Below are positions 30,294-40,137 of a stretch of 64,000 nt of DNA, in pieces; the first letter of the stretch is position 1, and each line of letters starts with the position of its first letter. The DNA is from a virus, in IMG/VR virus record IMGVR_UViG_3300044641_007991, positions 1-64,000 of that record; one strand, given 5' to 3'. The position numbers were made by a program, and so were the translations under genes. Below the pieces are notes generated by a model. That model was given only the letters and a program-made list of their open reading frames with translations. It was not told where the DNA came from and ran no database searches.

Positions 30294-31997
30294 TTAAACC
30301 TTGTCAGTAATAGCTCTAATTTCCGCCAATGTTGTTGTTTTAACTAATTGACTATCTTTAAATACAGTTTCTAAACAACCGTGGCGTTCTTGATCAACAG
30401 ATACTTGATCAACTAATTTATAAACACCATCTGTTTGGGTAACCATTAATAACCCTTTAGCCGATTTCTTAATACCATTATCAGTTTTTGGATCTTTAAA
30501 GATTTCTACACCTGCACCATTAATCTCAGCATAGGTAGATTTCATGGCCATACCGTGAGTATCTCTGGTAACATATTGGAAACTGAATGAACCAATACCC
30601 AGCACAACATTACTTGATGCAAAACCTTTTTGTTCTAATCTACGGAAAATTTCCTCAGCACGTTTGTATGTGATAGAATCACCGTAAATAGCACCAATAT
30701 GAGTATCTAATACTTTGTAACCGTTTTCAGTTAAAGTGCCACCGAAAATATCCCATAAACATTCAATTAAACCTTTTTGTTCAGGCGAAATCTCAACTTC
30801 TTCAAATTCAAGCACCCTACTGTTATCAACATAATAGTATTGTTTATCATAACGATTCCACTCAATTTCTACTTTAGCTTTATAATATTTGTCGCCAGCT
30901 TTATAAATTCTGGTTACAATATCTTCACCGCATTCGCCATGAGGAGTATCATTACGAATTTCGGATTCTATATCGTTTAACATATAGTTTTTAATCGAAT
31001 CCAAACAGTCAATAGCAACATATTTTGCCGGCACAACTGGAATATCAATACCACACAGAATTTCAACTGGATCACCAGAATCTGGACGAATAATAACACG
31101 ACCATCTCTAGCCATAATATCAGATTTTAATCGCACCAAATAATCGGTAATAACTTGCCAGAAATCCCATGTATCACTAACAATAGATACCATACCGCTT
31201 GGATAAATTTCGGTAATTAATCGTTTATAAGTATCAAATTCATCTTCTTTAGTACCGCTGCACATAACACTGTGTTCTGTAGCAGGAACCGAAACGCCAA
31301 CAATTTCTGTATCGCTATCAGCAAAATAATAATCCTCAGCCAAATCAATTGCTGGGATATTATCTGTACCATAAGCGCCAGCTGCTAATACAGCAAAACC
31401 AGACGATGCAGCTGCGTGGCGACCTGCCATACCGCGAAAACCAAAATCATGGAACTGATACCGAACAAACTCTTTATCGGCTCCAGTAAGCTCTGCATAA
31501 CGCAAACCCAATTTCTTGTAAGCCATATAAGTTGTGGCTGATGTAATTGGTTGCCATAATTCAGCTGATAATACCGATTCTAACATATTAGTTACCCAGA
31601 AAAATTCTGGTTTAGTATTAACCACAGTTAACATTGGAACGCCATATGGAACCATAGAACCTTCTGGTAAGGCTTTAATCTCAATTGGTAAATAACCCAA
31701 TTTATGCAGCGCACGAATATGATCTACATTAACCTTATAACCAACGATATTTGAAACGCGACGTTGATATGAATTAACCACGCGATCAATTGATCGAGTA
31801 AAGAATGAATAATCCCAATCTTCAATCAAGTAATCTAAGATAAAATGTTGTAGACCAACAAAACAAATACCATCGGTTGGTACGTTTTGATTTTTACCTG
31901 AACGAGCGGTAAAGTTAGAATAAATTTTAGTTGTACCAGGAGCATACTGATCTTTATGGTTTACTTTATAGCTGTCTTTTTGGTGTAATGCGCTCAT
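30294..31997 (-). CDS. nadV: Nicotinamide phosphoribosyltransferase-like (NAMPT; Namat of NARP1)
   Basis: DSYK..H..QY, HDFGFRG, SVPATEHSVM, SIVSDTWD, IRPDSGDP, GDSIT, KKSAKG. Confidence 0.92.
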   Translation of the reverse strand: MSALHQKDSYKVNHKDQYAPGTTKIYSNFTARSGKNQNVPTDGICFVGLQHFILDYLIEDWDYSFFTRSIDRVVNSYQRRVSNIVGYKVNVDHIRALHKLGYLPIEIKALPEGSMVPYGVPMLTVVNTKPEFFWVTNMLESVLSAELWQPITSATTYMAYKKLGLRYAELTGADKEFVRYQFHDFGFRGMAGRHAAASSGFAVLAAGAYGTDNIPAIDLAEDYYFADSDTEIVGVSVPATEHSVMCSGTKEDEFDTYKRLITEIYPSGMVSIVSDTWDFWQVITDYLVRLKSDIMARDGRVIIRPDSGDPVEILCGIDIPVVPAKYVAIDCLDSIKNYMLNDIESEIRNDTPHGECGEDIVTRIYKAGDKYYKAKVEIEWNRYDKQYYYVDNSRVLEFEEVEISPEQKGLIECLWDIFGGTLTENGYKVLDTHIGAIYGDSITYKRAEEIFRRLEQKGFASSNVVLGIGSFSFQYVTRDTHGMAMKSTYAEINGAGVEIFKDPKTDNGIKKSAKGLLMVTQTDGVYKLVDQVSVDQERHGCLETVFKDSQLVKTTTLAEIRAITDKV

Positions 31998-32066
31998 TTC
32001 AAAATTCCTATCAAGTTAAGGTATAGAGTTATTGTACTCTAATTCAAGTCAAATGTCAAGCACTTT

Positions 32067-32303
32067 TTACAGATGCTTTAAAAATTGCATTTCTTGTTCT
32101 GTTGGGAAAAATTTATGGATAATTTCTACTCTAGGATCTGTTTGTTCAAAGGAATCTGTGGTGTAGATAGCATCAACACCACCTTCAAATAATGGATCTA
32201 ATCCACGCGAGAAAATACCATGAGTAACAAATAATCCAATTTTTCCTGCACCACGGTCTATTAACACTTTTGCCAATTCAGTGAAAGTAGCTCCGCCATC
32301 AGA
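32067..32303 (-). pseudogene. Displaced 3' fragment of the Prs-like gene
   Basis: Reads SDGGATFTELAKVLIDRGAGKIGLFVTHGIF...YTTDSFEQTDPRV, a diverged duplicate of the C-terminus of 33369..34211. Confidence 0.85.
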
Positions 32304-32314
32304 AAAGTAAATTT

Positions 32315-32413
32315 TATAAATATATTATGCTAGTCGCGGTGCTACCAACACCCACTAGCTCTAAACATTTTCATTCAGATAAGGATTACCTATGTTCAGC
32401 ACAGATATTTATA
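32315..32413 (+). promoter_or_regulatory. Endonuclease leader element, copy F
   Basis: TATAAATA..GCTAG-TCGCG-GTG..CAC-CCA-CTAGC-TCTAAACATT..AAGGA..ATG TTC AGC ACA GAT ATT TAT A. Confidence 0.85.
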
Positions 32414-33372
32414 CCATACTATCATCAAAACCTCATAATCAACATTATTTAAAACGATACGTTAAATTCATAGAATATTGTAACAATATTAATGCGCATT
32501 ATACTGGTTATGTAGAATATCATCACATATTACCAAAAGCTAAGACGCTATTCCCTGAATATAAAAATTTTAAACAAAACCCCTGGAATAAAATAAAACT
32601 AACTCCAAGGCAACACTTTATAGCTCATTGGATGTTGTGGAAAATATTCGGCGGTTTTATGGCTTACGCATTTTCTATAATGCGTAGAAAATCTAAAGTT
32701 CAATCAGAAAGATATTTTCGATTAAATAGCAAATCGTATGGAGAATTGAAAATAGCAGTTAGCAAATCTCAATCAACCAGAATCATATCAAAAAAAACGA
32801 TAGAGAAAATGAAAAAATCTCAAAAAAATAAACCTAAAATTCGATGCCCTCATTGCGATAAAATCGGGGATGAATCTAACATGAGAAGGTGGCATTTCGA
32901 TAATTGTAAAGTTTTTACTGATAAATCTGTACACGAAGTAAAACAAAAATCTGATATTGTAACTTGCCCTCATTGTGGAAAAACCGGAAAAGAACAAGGT
33001 ATGTTGGCTAACCATTTCTCAAATTGTAGTGTTATTAGAGGAGATTACCGAAAAGTAAAAGATAAGATAACATGTCCACATTGTAAAAAAGAAGGCGCGA
33101 ACACATATGGGTTTAAGGTTTATCATTTCGATAATTGTAAAATTTTAACGGGAAAGATTATACGCGCAGTAGAATATGATTTATCTATAGTTAAGTGTCC
33201 GCATTGCGATAAAGAAGGGACAATGCACGGAATGAAATCAAGTCATTTCGAACACTGTCCTACACTCAAACCAGAATTACCGAAAATACAATGCCCGCAC
33301 TGCAAAAAAGAAGGTAATAACAACGGCTATTTTAAATCTCATCATTTTGATAAGTGTAAACAAAAAATTTAA
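32392..33372 (+). CDS. HNH-like (Mob-type) homing endonuclease F with five CPHC zinc-ribbon repeats
   Basis: EYHHILPK...LTPRQHFIAHWML; (CPHC.K.G......HF..C) x5. Confidence 0.78.
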   Translation: MFSTDIYTILSSKPHNQHYLKRYVKFIEYCNNINAHYTGYVEYHHILPKAKTLFPEYKNFKQNPWNKIKLTPRQHFIAHWMLWKIFGGFMAYAFSIMRRKSKVQSERYFRLNSKSYGELKIAVSKSQSTRIISKKTIEKMKKSQKNKPKIRCPHCDKIGDESNMRRWHFDNCKVFTDKSVHEVKQKSDIVTCPHCGKTGKEQGMLANHFSNCSVIRGDYRKVKDKITCPHCKKEGANTYGFKVYHFDNCKILTGKIIRAVEYDLSIVKCPHCDKEGTMHGMKSSHFEHCPTLKPELPKIQCPHCKKEGNNNGYFKSHHFDKCKQKI

Positions 33373-34211
33373 TTAAAAAAGTTATAAATTACCTGAACTC
33401 TTGGATCTGTTTGTTCAAACGAATCTGTGGTGTAGATGTGATCAATATTATCGTTAAATAATACATCTACACCATAATCAAAAATTCCATGGGTAATAAA
33501 CAACCCAATTTTACCTGCACCCCTAGCTTTTAATTCCCTAGCCAATAATCGGAATGTCATACCGCCTGAACAAATATCATCGACGATCAAACAATCTGCG
33601 CCATCCAAGTTATCCGATAACAATTCTGTTTTAGTAATGTTACCAGTTGCAGGATCTCGTACTTTAAGAGCCTGCAGAACATCAATTTTTGATGATAAAT
33701 TATACCCTCGAGCAAAATCAACTGCTTTTTTACTGGCACCTGCATCCGGAGCAACGATATAACTGTAATTAGCTAATCCAAGAATTCCTAATCTAGAAGC
33801 CAATGGGAATGCAAAAGTAGATTGAGCTCGTTCTACAACATTATCTAATAATGCAGTAGCAACTGTGCTATGAGCATCTGTTACATGTACTCGAGAATAA
33901 CCCTGGGAATTAATTAAATTTGCAAAAATTTTAAGTGAAAATGAATCGCCTAGATTACAAACTCTATCCTGACGAGCATATGGAATATAAGGTAACACCA
34001 ATTCAATTGTTTTAATTCCCAGTCGTTTTAATGCATCAGTTACTAACAACAACCGCATTAATTCGCTAGAACTATCAATTCTTGCTAGAATTTCTACTGA
34101 GGAACTAACAATAGCTGGCGAGGGTAATACAACATTAACATGTTCTTCTCCACCAGAGAACGTATGAAATTTAATTTCTACAAAATTTTCTTGCTGTTTT
34201 ACAATAATCAT
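33369..34211 (-). CDS. prs: Ribose-phosphate pyrophosphokinase-like (Adps of NARP1)
   Basis: FSGGE, PYIPYARQDR, DAHS, APDAGA, IVDDICSGG. Confidence 0.9.
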   Translation of the reverse strand: MIIVKQQENFVEIKFHTFSGGEEHVNVVLPSPAIVSSSVEILARIDSSSELMRLLLVTDALKRLGIKTIELVLPYIPYARQDRVCNLGDSFSLKIFANLINSQGYSRVHVTDAHSTVATALLDNVVERAQSTFAFPLASRLGILGLANYSYIVAPDAGASKKAVDFARGYNLSSKIDVLQALKVRDPATGNITKTELLSDNLDGADCLIVDDICSGGMTFRLLARELKARGAGKIGLFITHGIFDYGVDVLFNDNIDHIYTTDSFEQTDPRVQVIYNFFN

Positions 34212-34213
34212 TA

Positions 34214-35278
34214 TTAATCCTCGAATTTCATTAAAAATTTATTAGAAATTGCTTTAAAGTGGACGCGTGTATCGGTAATACATTTAAATACCAAACCTTC
34301 TCGTTCAGTTTTAACATTTAATTCACTTTTGCTTTCAGCTAATTGTAATAGACTATCAATAGTTTGATTTTCAAGAGTCATTGTACCTAGAACTGGAACG
34401 TGTTTCAAACCTAATTTCTCACACAATTCTAATCGTTCTGCTGATGATAGATATTCACCCTTATCAATATCATAAATGGTAAACACATAGAAATCAATAT
34501 CATTTAATTTATATTTGTTACCTTGAATTCCCACGCCACACAATTCACCTTGAATTGCAATATTTCTATCTAGAGCAGTTAATTTTTCTTCAAGAGTATA
34601 TTTTCTAGCAGCACCCCAAAAAGAATTACCTTCAGTTTCTTTTAATTGTAGGTTACGAGAACAAACGCCAAATTCAGCAATAAAATCATCTGCGTCAGTC
34701 ATAGCATTATTTCTAAAGAATACAGTCATAGATGAGCCATCTAATTTTTCAGAAATTTCCCATTGATCATCCGATTGTGACCATTTACCTAAATTTTTTG
34801 ATAAATTTTGAACACGTTCTTCGTCAGTTTTTGGAATAAAACTTGGGAAATTACCTTTAGCTTGACCAGCTAATTGTGCTGGCAATGGTCGTTCGTATTT
34901 CAAGATACCCAATAATTCAGTAACGTCGTCATCTTCATTCCAATCGGATGATGTTGCTTCGCCAACATAGTTTGACATCACAACACCAAATGGTAACAAC
35001 AAACCTTGGCTACAAGTTCCGCGCAATTTAATTGTACGCAATCGTTCACCTTTAACACCTTCAAACTCTCTTGGTTCTTTACCATTGGATAAGAATGGAG
35101 CTAACTCGTGCGGGATCCATGAATCAATAGAAAAATATACTGCTAATTGTCCAGTATTAAATTCACCCAATTTAGTTACAACTTTCCACCCACCAATAGT
35201 ACAAATATCCAATGCATCAGCATTAGGATGTTTCTCAACATTATCAATTCTAGCAATCCACGCCATTTTTCTACTCAT
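34214..35278 (-). CDS. RNA ligase, DRB0094/Rnl2-like family
   Basis: HPNADAL, RTIKLRG..SQG, FPSFIPKTDEER, EKLDGSS, IQGE, REGLV, FKAISN. Confidence 0.88.
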   Translation of the reverse strand: MSRKMAWIARIDNVEKHPNADALDICTIGGWKVVTKLGEFNTGQLAVYFSIDSWIPHELAPFLSNGKEPREFEGVKGERLRTIKLRGTCSQGLLLPFGVVMSNYVGEATSSDWNEDDDVTELLGILKYERPLPAQLAGQAKGNFPSFIPKTDEERVQNLSKNLGKWSQSDDQWEISEKLDGSSMTVFFRNNAMTDADDFIAEFGVCSRNLQLKETEGNSFWGAARKYTLEEKLTALDRNIAIQGELCGVGIQGNKYKLNDIDFYVFTIYDIDKGEYLSSAERLELCEKLGLKHVPVLGTMTLENQTIDSLLQLAESKSELNVKTEREGLVFKCITDTRVHFKAISNKFLMKFED

Positions 35279-35304
35279 AATACAACACCTCAAGTTTCAA
35301 TTTA

Positions 35305-35417
35305 TATAAATAAAGTATAGATTAAAAATGTCTATACAACACAAAAAAAGCCAATCGCGATACTGGTAATATCCATTGGCACTAATACTAATCAGGAGTA
35401 TCAGCATGAATATTTAT
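35305..35417 (+). promoter_or_regulatory. Endonuclease leader element, copy G
   Basis: TATAAATA..extra hairpin..GCCAA-TCGCG-ATA..TAT-CCA-TTGGC-ACTAATAC..GGAG..TCAGC ATG AAT ATT TAT. Confidence 0.8.
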
Positions 35418-36626
35418 TACGTTTACGTTTATCGCCATCCAACAACAAATATACCATTTTATGTCGGCATGGGTAAAAAAGATAGATATCTTTCGCATTT
35501 AAAAGAAGCAATTAAGCATCCAACCCCAGTCCGCAGTCAAGGAAAATTAAATACTATCAGAAAAATTATTCGAGAAGGTTCACAACCAGTTATACAGTTA
35601 ATAGACACAAAATTATCAAAAGAGGATGCTATTGAACTAGAAATATTTTTGATAGAATTGATAGGAAGAAAAGATTTAAAAAACGGGTCACTTACCAATC
35701 TAACGTCTGGCGGAGACGGGTATTCTGGGTGGTCTGACTTCCACCGAGAAGAACAATCTAATAGAATGAAAACTACAATAGCAGTAAAAAATCCAGTTAC
35801 CGGAGAAAAATTTCGTGTTTCTGATAATGATCCTAGATGGTTGTCCGGAGAACTTGTTGGACAAAACCTTGGAGAATGTAATAGTAACATAAATGGTAAA
35901 TTAGACGGTTATATACAAGCAAAAGATAAAAACGGTAATATTTTTAGAATAAAACCGACCGATCCTAGATGGTTGTCCGGAGAACTTGTTGGGATTAATA
36001 AAAATAGACCTGCACATGAAAACACTAAAATAGCTGCAAGTAAAACACATAAAGGTGTACCAAAATCAAAAGAACATAATAAAAAAGTGTCTGAATCAAC
36101 TAAAGGTTCAATATGGATCCATAACTTTGATACAGGAAAAACATCCAGACTAACGAAAATTAATCCAAATATACCAAACGGGTTTGTAATTGTTTGTGGG
36201 CCACATAAATTATTAACTTTAGAACAACGAGAAGAAGAACGTATAACAGTTAAAAATAACAAAAAACAAATACGATCAGAAACAGCTTTGTTAAGAAAGC
36301 AAAATAATTCTCTCGCCCAAAAACAATTTAGAAAAGATAATCCATTTTTCGGGTTAACAGAAAAACAAATCCAATTTTCAATTGAAATAGTAGAATTATT
36401 TTCTACAAAACCTACAGTCCCATTAATAGGTAGAAGAGGAAACGGAATACGTCAACTCTCGTATATTAGAGCATTTTCCTTATTTGTATCAAAACAATAT
36501 AATGTTACACTACATACAATACATTCTATTGTAAATGGAAAAAAGCCTAATTTAATTCACGAAATTATTAAAATTCGCCCAGATTTATCAGATATTTGTC
36601 AAGAAATATTGCAAAATTGCCACTAG
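35406..36626 (+). CDS. GIY-YIG endonuclease G
   Basis: YYVYVYRHP...PFYVGMG...R, E..LI..IGR...G.LTNLT.GG; DPRWLSGELVG repeat. ATG at 35406 follows GGAG. Confidence 0.8.
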   Translation: MNIYYVYVYRHPTTNIPFYVGMGKKDRYLSHLKEAIKHPTPVRSQGKLNTIRKIIREGSQPVIQLIDTKLSKEDAIELEIFLIELIGRKDLKNGSLTNLTSGGDGYSGWSDFHREEQSNRMKTTIAVKNPVTGEKFRVSDNDPRWLSGELVGQNLGECNSNINGKLDGYIQAKDKNGNIFRIKPTDPRWLSGELVGINKNRPAHENTKIAASKTHKGVPKSKEHNKKVSESTKGSIWIHNFDTGKTSRLTKINPNIPNGFVIVCGPHKLLTLEQREEERITVKNNKKQIRSETALLRKQNNSLAQKQFRKDNPFFGLTEKQIQFSIEIVELFSTKPTVPLIGRRGNGIRQLSYIRAFSLFVSKQYNVTLHTIHSIVNGKKPNLIHEIIKIRPDLSDICQEILQNCH

Positions 36627-36757
36627 AATAAACAATAATTTTAGTTACCAATTTTGTAAGAATATACGTTCTGTGTTAATTAATATTAACTGTATTGAAA
36701 TTTTATTTTTAACACAGAACATAATAAATAATATCTATATTTCCATTATGAACTCAA

Positions 36758-36901
36758 TCAATAGACGACTAAATCACCAACGCTATATTTTTCTTTTTGG
36801 TCAACAATCCACCAACCATCTACTCTATACGCACAAATTAAATCTGCACCTTCGATCAATTTAATTTCTTGAATTCGTTTAATACTCGCTAATTTTCTCA
36901 C
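36758..36901 (-). pseudogene. Displaced 5' stub of the RNA ligase gene (47 codons)
   Basis: GTG start with GAGG RBS and early promoter; MRKLASIKRIQEIKLIEGADLICAYRVDGWWIVDQKEKYSVGDLVVY* aligns with the N-terminus of 34214..35278. Confidence 0.8.
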
Positions 36902-36976
36902 AATCTACCTCTCATTGTTTAGTATAGAGTTATTGTAACCTATGCTACTCTAAAAGTCAAGCACTTTATAAAAAAG

Positions 36977-38242
36977 TTAAACATAAGCATGCTCCGCCCA
37001 ATCTCTAATAATAGTCAACCGTTCTTGTTCAGGAATTTCCAAAAATTGGTCCTTAGTATAATTTTTCTGTAAATATTCGCATAAACTATAGAACTCTTCC
37101 TCAAAATGCTGTTTGTAATTTCTATCAAAAATTAAATCTAATTTTTTGGTTCTAGCAATAAATTTTGATGTCAAATAGTATGGGGTTTTTAATTTCAATA
37201 CAGTATCAGATTCTTGATCATACACAACATAGCCTTCTCGTTTATAAGTTTTAGCTTGTTCAAGTAAGTCTGAGAAACGAATATATTCCCATTTTGGGCG
37301 AAACACACCAAAATCTAAGGCAATTGCATCTAAAAACACTTCAGATTGTTTTGCGGAACCTAATACTTTCTCACGAGCACCAATAAGATAAACACCCTCA
37401 TATTCCGGAATAATATGCGGATCATTTGGATGTACAATCTCAAAACAAAAAGATAAATTTTGATACGATTCTAATACAAGTTTCATACGGTCTAAAGGCA
37501 ATATTTCTTTTGCCATATCAACATGTTCGCTGGTTAGAGAACCAGTTGTTGAAACTAAAATATCACCGTTATACCATGTAACAGCCGCTAAAAATCCATT
37601 AATTTTATCTACTGCTATTACTTGATGGTCTAATGGAATATCTGTACCATTCTCGTGTCTGTTAAATATTTTGGTAAATGGATATTGTACGACATTACCA
37701 TCTGCGTCTCTAATTAAACCCCGAGCATCAACTAATTCTGGATGCATATTCCATAAATTTTGGTAAAATACAGATCTCTTGTATTTGTGTACAAACAATC
37801 CGTTTTGTTCTTTAATCTGAACAAAATCTGTATACTCAACATCTGGCGCTAATTTAATTTCAAATCGATCAGTCATTTTCTTAATAGTTTCCGCTGGAAC
37901 ATTATGTACTGATTTAGAACCATGACGATTTTCTACGATTAAAGTTGTCACACGATAACCATATGTTTTAGCTAAATCAAAATAAGGTTGCATTTCCCGC
38001 TCTGTAGTAAAAGTATTATGTACAGCAACATTTTCTTCATACTCCATCCATTTCTCGGTTTGGGCTTGACACCATTCATGCGCTTGTTTGACATTCTCTG
38101 GTTTCCACGCATAATTACCTTTTTCATCAGTATGATAATCATCTGCTGCAACGCAAATATAATTGTCTAATGATTGTAACAGAGTAGTTTTACCTGCACC
38201 TGGGATTCCCCTAATAAGAATAAGGTTTTTCATTTTACTCAC
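36977..38242 (-). CDS. P-loop polynucleotide kinase fused to an Rnl1-like RNA ligase
   Basis: RGIPGAGKTT...HNVP kinase domain; ARGL, PFTKIFN, KINGFL, FEIVHP.DPHI, EGYV, KLKTPYY ligase motifs. Confidence 0.8.
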   Translation of the reverse strand: MSKMKNLILIRGIPGAGKTTLLQSLDNYICVAADDYHTDEKGNYAWKPENVKQAHEWCQAQTEKWMEYEENVAVHNTFTTEREMQPYFDLAKTYGYRVTTLIVENRHGSKSVHNVPAETIKKMTDRFEIKLAPDVEYTDFVQIKEQNGLFVHKYKRSVFYQNLWNMHPELVDARGLIRDADGNVVQYPFTKIFNRHENGTDIPLDHQVIAVDKINGFLAAVTWYNGDILVSTTGSLTSEHVDMAKEILPLDRMKLVLESYQNLSFCFEIVHPNDPHIIPEYEGVYLIGAREKVLGSAKQSEVFLDAIALDFGVFRPKWEYIRFSDLLEQAKTYKREGYVVYDQESDTVLKLKTPYYLTSKFIARTKKLDLIFDRNYKQHFEEEFYSLCEYLQKNYTKDQFLEIPEQERLTIIRDWAEHAYV

Positions 38243-38438
38243 CTGACCAACTAGAAATAAAAGAATCTCGATTTAAATATCTTGGAGAAAGGACAGAATT
38301 TGATACATTAAATTCTGTACCATTATCCATCCAGATAGAATATTTTTCTGCATCACCCCAAGGTCTGGTTACATGCGAGACTTTATCTAAGTCAATAGTT
38401 GCTGGAGTATAGTCCGGCATTTCGTATAATCTAGGCAT
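38235..38438 (-). CDS. Hypothetical protein
   Basis: ORF in operon. Confidence 0.5.
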   Translation of the reverse strand: MPRLYEMPDYTPATIDLDKVSHVTRPWGDAEKYSIWMDNGTEFNVSNSVLSPRYLNRDSFISSWSGE

Positions 38439-38457
38439 AATATAATTCTCAAGTTGT

Positions 38458-38661
38458 TTAGCGTTTCATTCCAAGGTAATTCTCATACGAGAGTTCCCGA
38501 TCATTTTCATCATAAGTTTTGCGAATCCAAAATCCAGTGGAATCTTCGTGATACACAACATTACCACGATTATCGTATTCTTTGCGCCACCAAAAACCTA
38601 ATTCATTTCCATAAAATATTAGATGACCATTTGAATCGTATTCTATTTTGTATGTGTCCAT
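38458..38661 (-). CDS. Small YD-like repeat protein
   Basis: Three YD..G...Y.E...G.W units. Confidence 0.55.
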   Translation of the reverse strand: MDTYKIEYDSNGHLIFYGNELGFWWRKEYDNRGNVVYHEDSTGFWIRKTYDENDRELSYENYLGMKR

Positions 38662-38663
38662 GT

Positions 38664-38846
38664 TTATACTTTTAAAGTTTTGAAAGTTCTGCCACGAGTA
38701 TCAAATTGTAATGGAGTTTTAAATATATGAGCACGCTCTTCACCATATTTGATATAACCTAGTGTTTTAAATTTATCGTCTGTGACCAGATATGTGTGAC
38801 GTTGAGTTTCAGGAAAAGATTTGGTTGTTTCTTGTAATACTATCAT
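38664..38846 (-). CDS. Hypothetical protein
   Basis: LQETT...HTY...FDTRGRTF. Confidence 0.55.
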   Translation of the reverse strand: MIVLQETTKSFPETQRHTYLVTDDKFKTLGYIKYGEERAHIFKTPLQFDTRGRTFKTLKV

Positions 38847-39519
38847 GTTGATCCATTAATTCGCTATATTTTTGCCAATATTGTCTATTAATACCAAAAT
38901 CGCAAATAACAGGATAACCTTTATTTGTATTTGGATTATAGAAAATTCCCATATTTTTTAAAATTAAATCATTAGCTTCAAAATCAACTAATTTCATCCA
39001 AGAAATAAAATTGGCTACCCAAGGATGGGTAATAACAACCTCATATTCGCTGTCAGAGATTTGATTTGGATACACCGTATCTTCTGGGTGAATAATACCA
39101 TGTATTTCTCTATACTTTTTTTGAGCCGAAAATACAAAATCATTAAACGATATTCCATCTGGATAAGTATCGGTTATTGTTAAACAAGTAAATAAAAAAT
39201 CAGTTAATTTAGAAACAAAACCCATTTCTAACCATTCAAACTCAGCATCAAAATCAAATATTGGAGCTAAGCAGCCGATCTCATTGAGAGAATAAAAACC
39301 ATGGTTATCTTTTATTAAGATAGAATAATCATTATTTCTTGGGTCGCATTCAATTTTATTTTGCATTAAACCAAATGAACCTGTGGTTAAATAATGATCA
39401 AATTTATTTGTAATTCTAGATTTAATAATTGTATTAACTTGAGTTAATACTCCATCTAAACTAATATAGTGTTGATTTAAACCTTTAATTTCTCGGGAAG
39501 AACCTTTTGCTATAATCAT
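38809..39519 (-). CDS. Protein kinase-like fold protein
   Basis: KGSSR, QN..E, DL...NMG, ICDFG. Confidence 0.5.
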   Translation of the reverse strand: MIIAKGSSREIKGLNQHYISLDGVLTQVNTIIKSRITNKFDHYLTTGSFGLMQNKIECDPRNNDYSILIKDNHGFYSLNEIGCLAPIFDFDAEFEWLEMGFVSKLTDFLFTCLTITDTYPDGISFNDFVFSAQKKYREIHGIIHPEDTVYPNQISDSEYEVVITHPWVANFISWMKLVDFEANDLILKNMGIFYNPNTNKGYPVICDFGINRQYWQKYSELMDQHDSITRNNQIFS

Positions 39520-39725
39520 CGTTTAAAATCAGCTGAAACAATAATTGATTTAGAATTATCATACTTTACAACAGCAATAGTTTTATTATCTTGACTTAAA
39601 TAAGTCACTTCATCGGAAACTGAAAAATAACGACCACGCCAACCAAGGTCAGTTAATTTTCGAGTTAAATCAAAATCAGAAAATTTACGAGATTTAATCA
39701 TGTTTCCTCCACAAAGTAGATACAA
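39516..39725 (-). CDS. Hypothetical protein
   Basis: ORF after early promoter 39754. Confidence 0.5.
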   Translation of the reverse strand: MYLLCGGNMIKSRKFSDFDLTRKLTDLGWRGRYFSVSDEVTYLSQDNKTIAVVKYDNSKSIIVSADFKR

Positions 39726-39765
39726 TTATATTATACTAGGTTTTTGGTGCAGTGTCAAGCACTTT

Positions 39766-40137
39766 TTAAGTGATAACAAAAATTATCCCAAGATAGGTCA
39801 GATAGTGCAGATATTGATCCCCGCCAAGTTGAATCCAGTACCGTTTTTCTTGCATGTCTTTTTCACCAAAACGCATCTTACACCAGTCAATCACATAATG
39901 AATGTGTGTTTCGAGAACGCCAATAGCGACAGCAAGGCGAAAATCTACCCAGAATACCAGTATAGCAGCTGTCCAAATCCCTTGCTCTAGACTGTGAGAG
40001 AAGCCTACAGGATGACCCCAGATACCTTTTGTTCGTACTTGAGGCATTGTTTGTAGAATAAAATCTACGATATAATGTTTGGTAAATAGCAGTAAAAATA
40101 AAATTAAAACATCATTAATTGTCATAATGTTTCCCAA
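39766..40137 (-). CDS. DUF3307-like membrane protein
   Basis: KH..VDF.LQ, HS..(Q)G, HY.IDW.K, GDQYLH. Confidence 0.7.
   Translation of the reverse strand: MGNIMTINDVLILFLLLFTKHYIVDFILQTMPQVRTKGIWGHPVGFSHSLEQGIWTAAILVFWVDFRLAVAIGVLETHIHYVIDWCKMRFGEKDMQEKRYWIQLGGDQYLHYLTYLGIIFVIT

Noticed and set aside
32067-33570. Diversity-generating retroelement TR/VR pair in the duplicated Prs end
   Set aside because: Differences are not confined to adenines and there is no reverse transcriptase in the window.
35376-35405. TTG start for endonuclease G given in the ORF track
   Set aside because: It lies inside the leader hairpin; ATG 35406 has a GGAG RBS and matches the GIY-YIG N-terminus.
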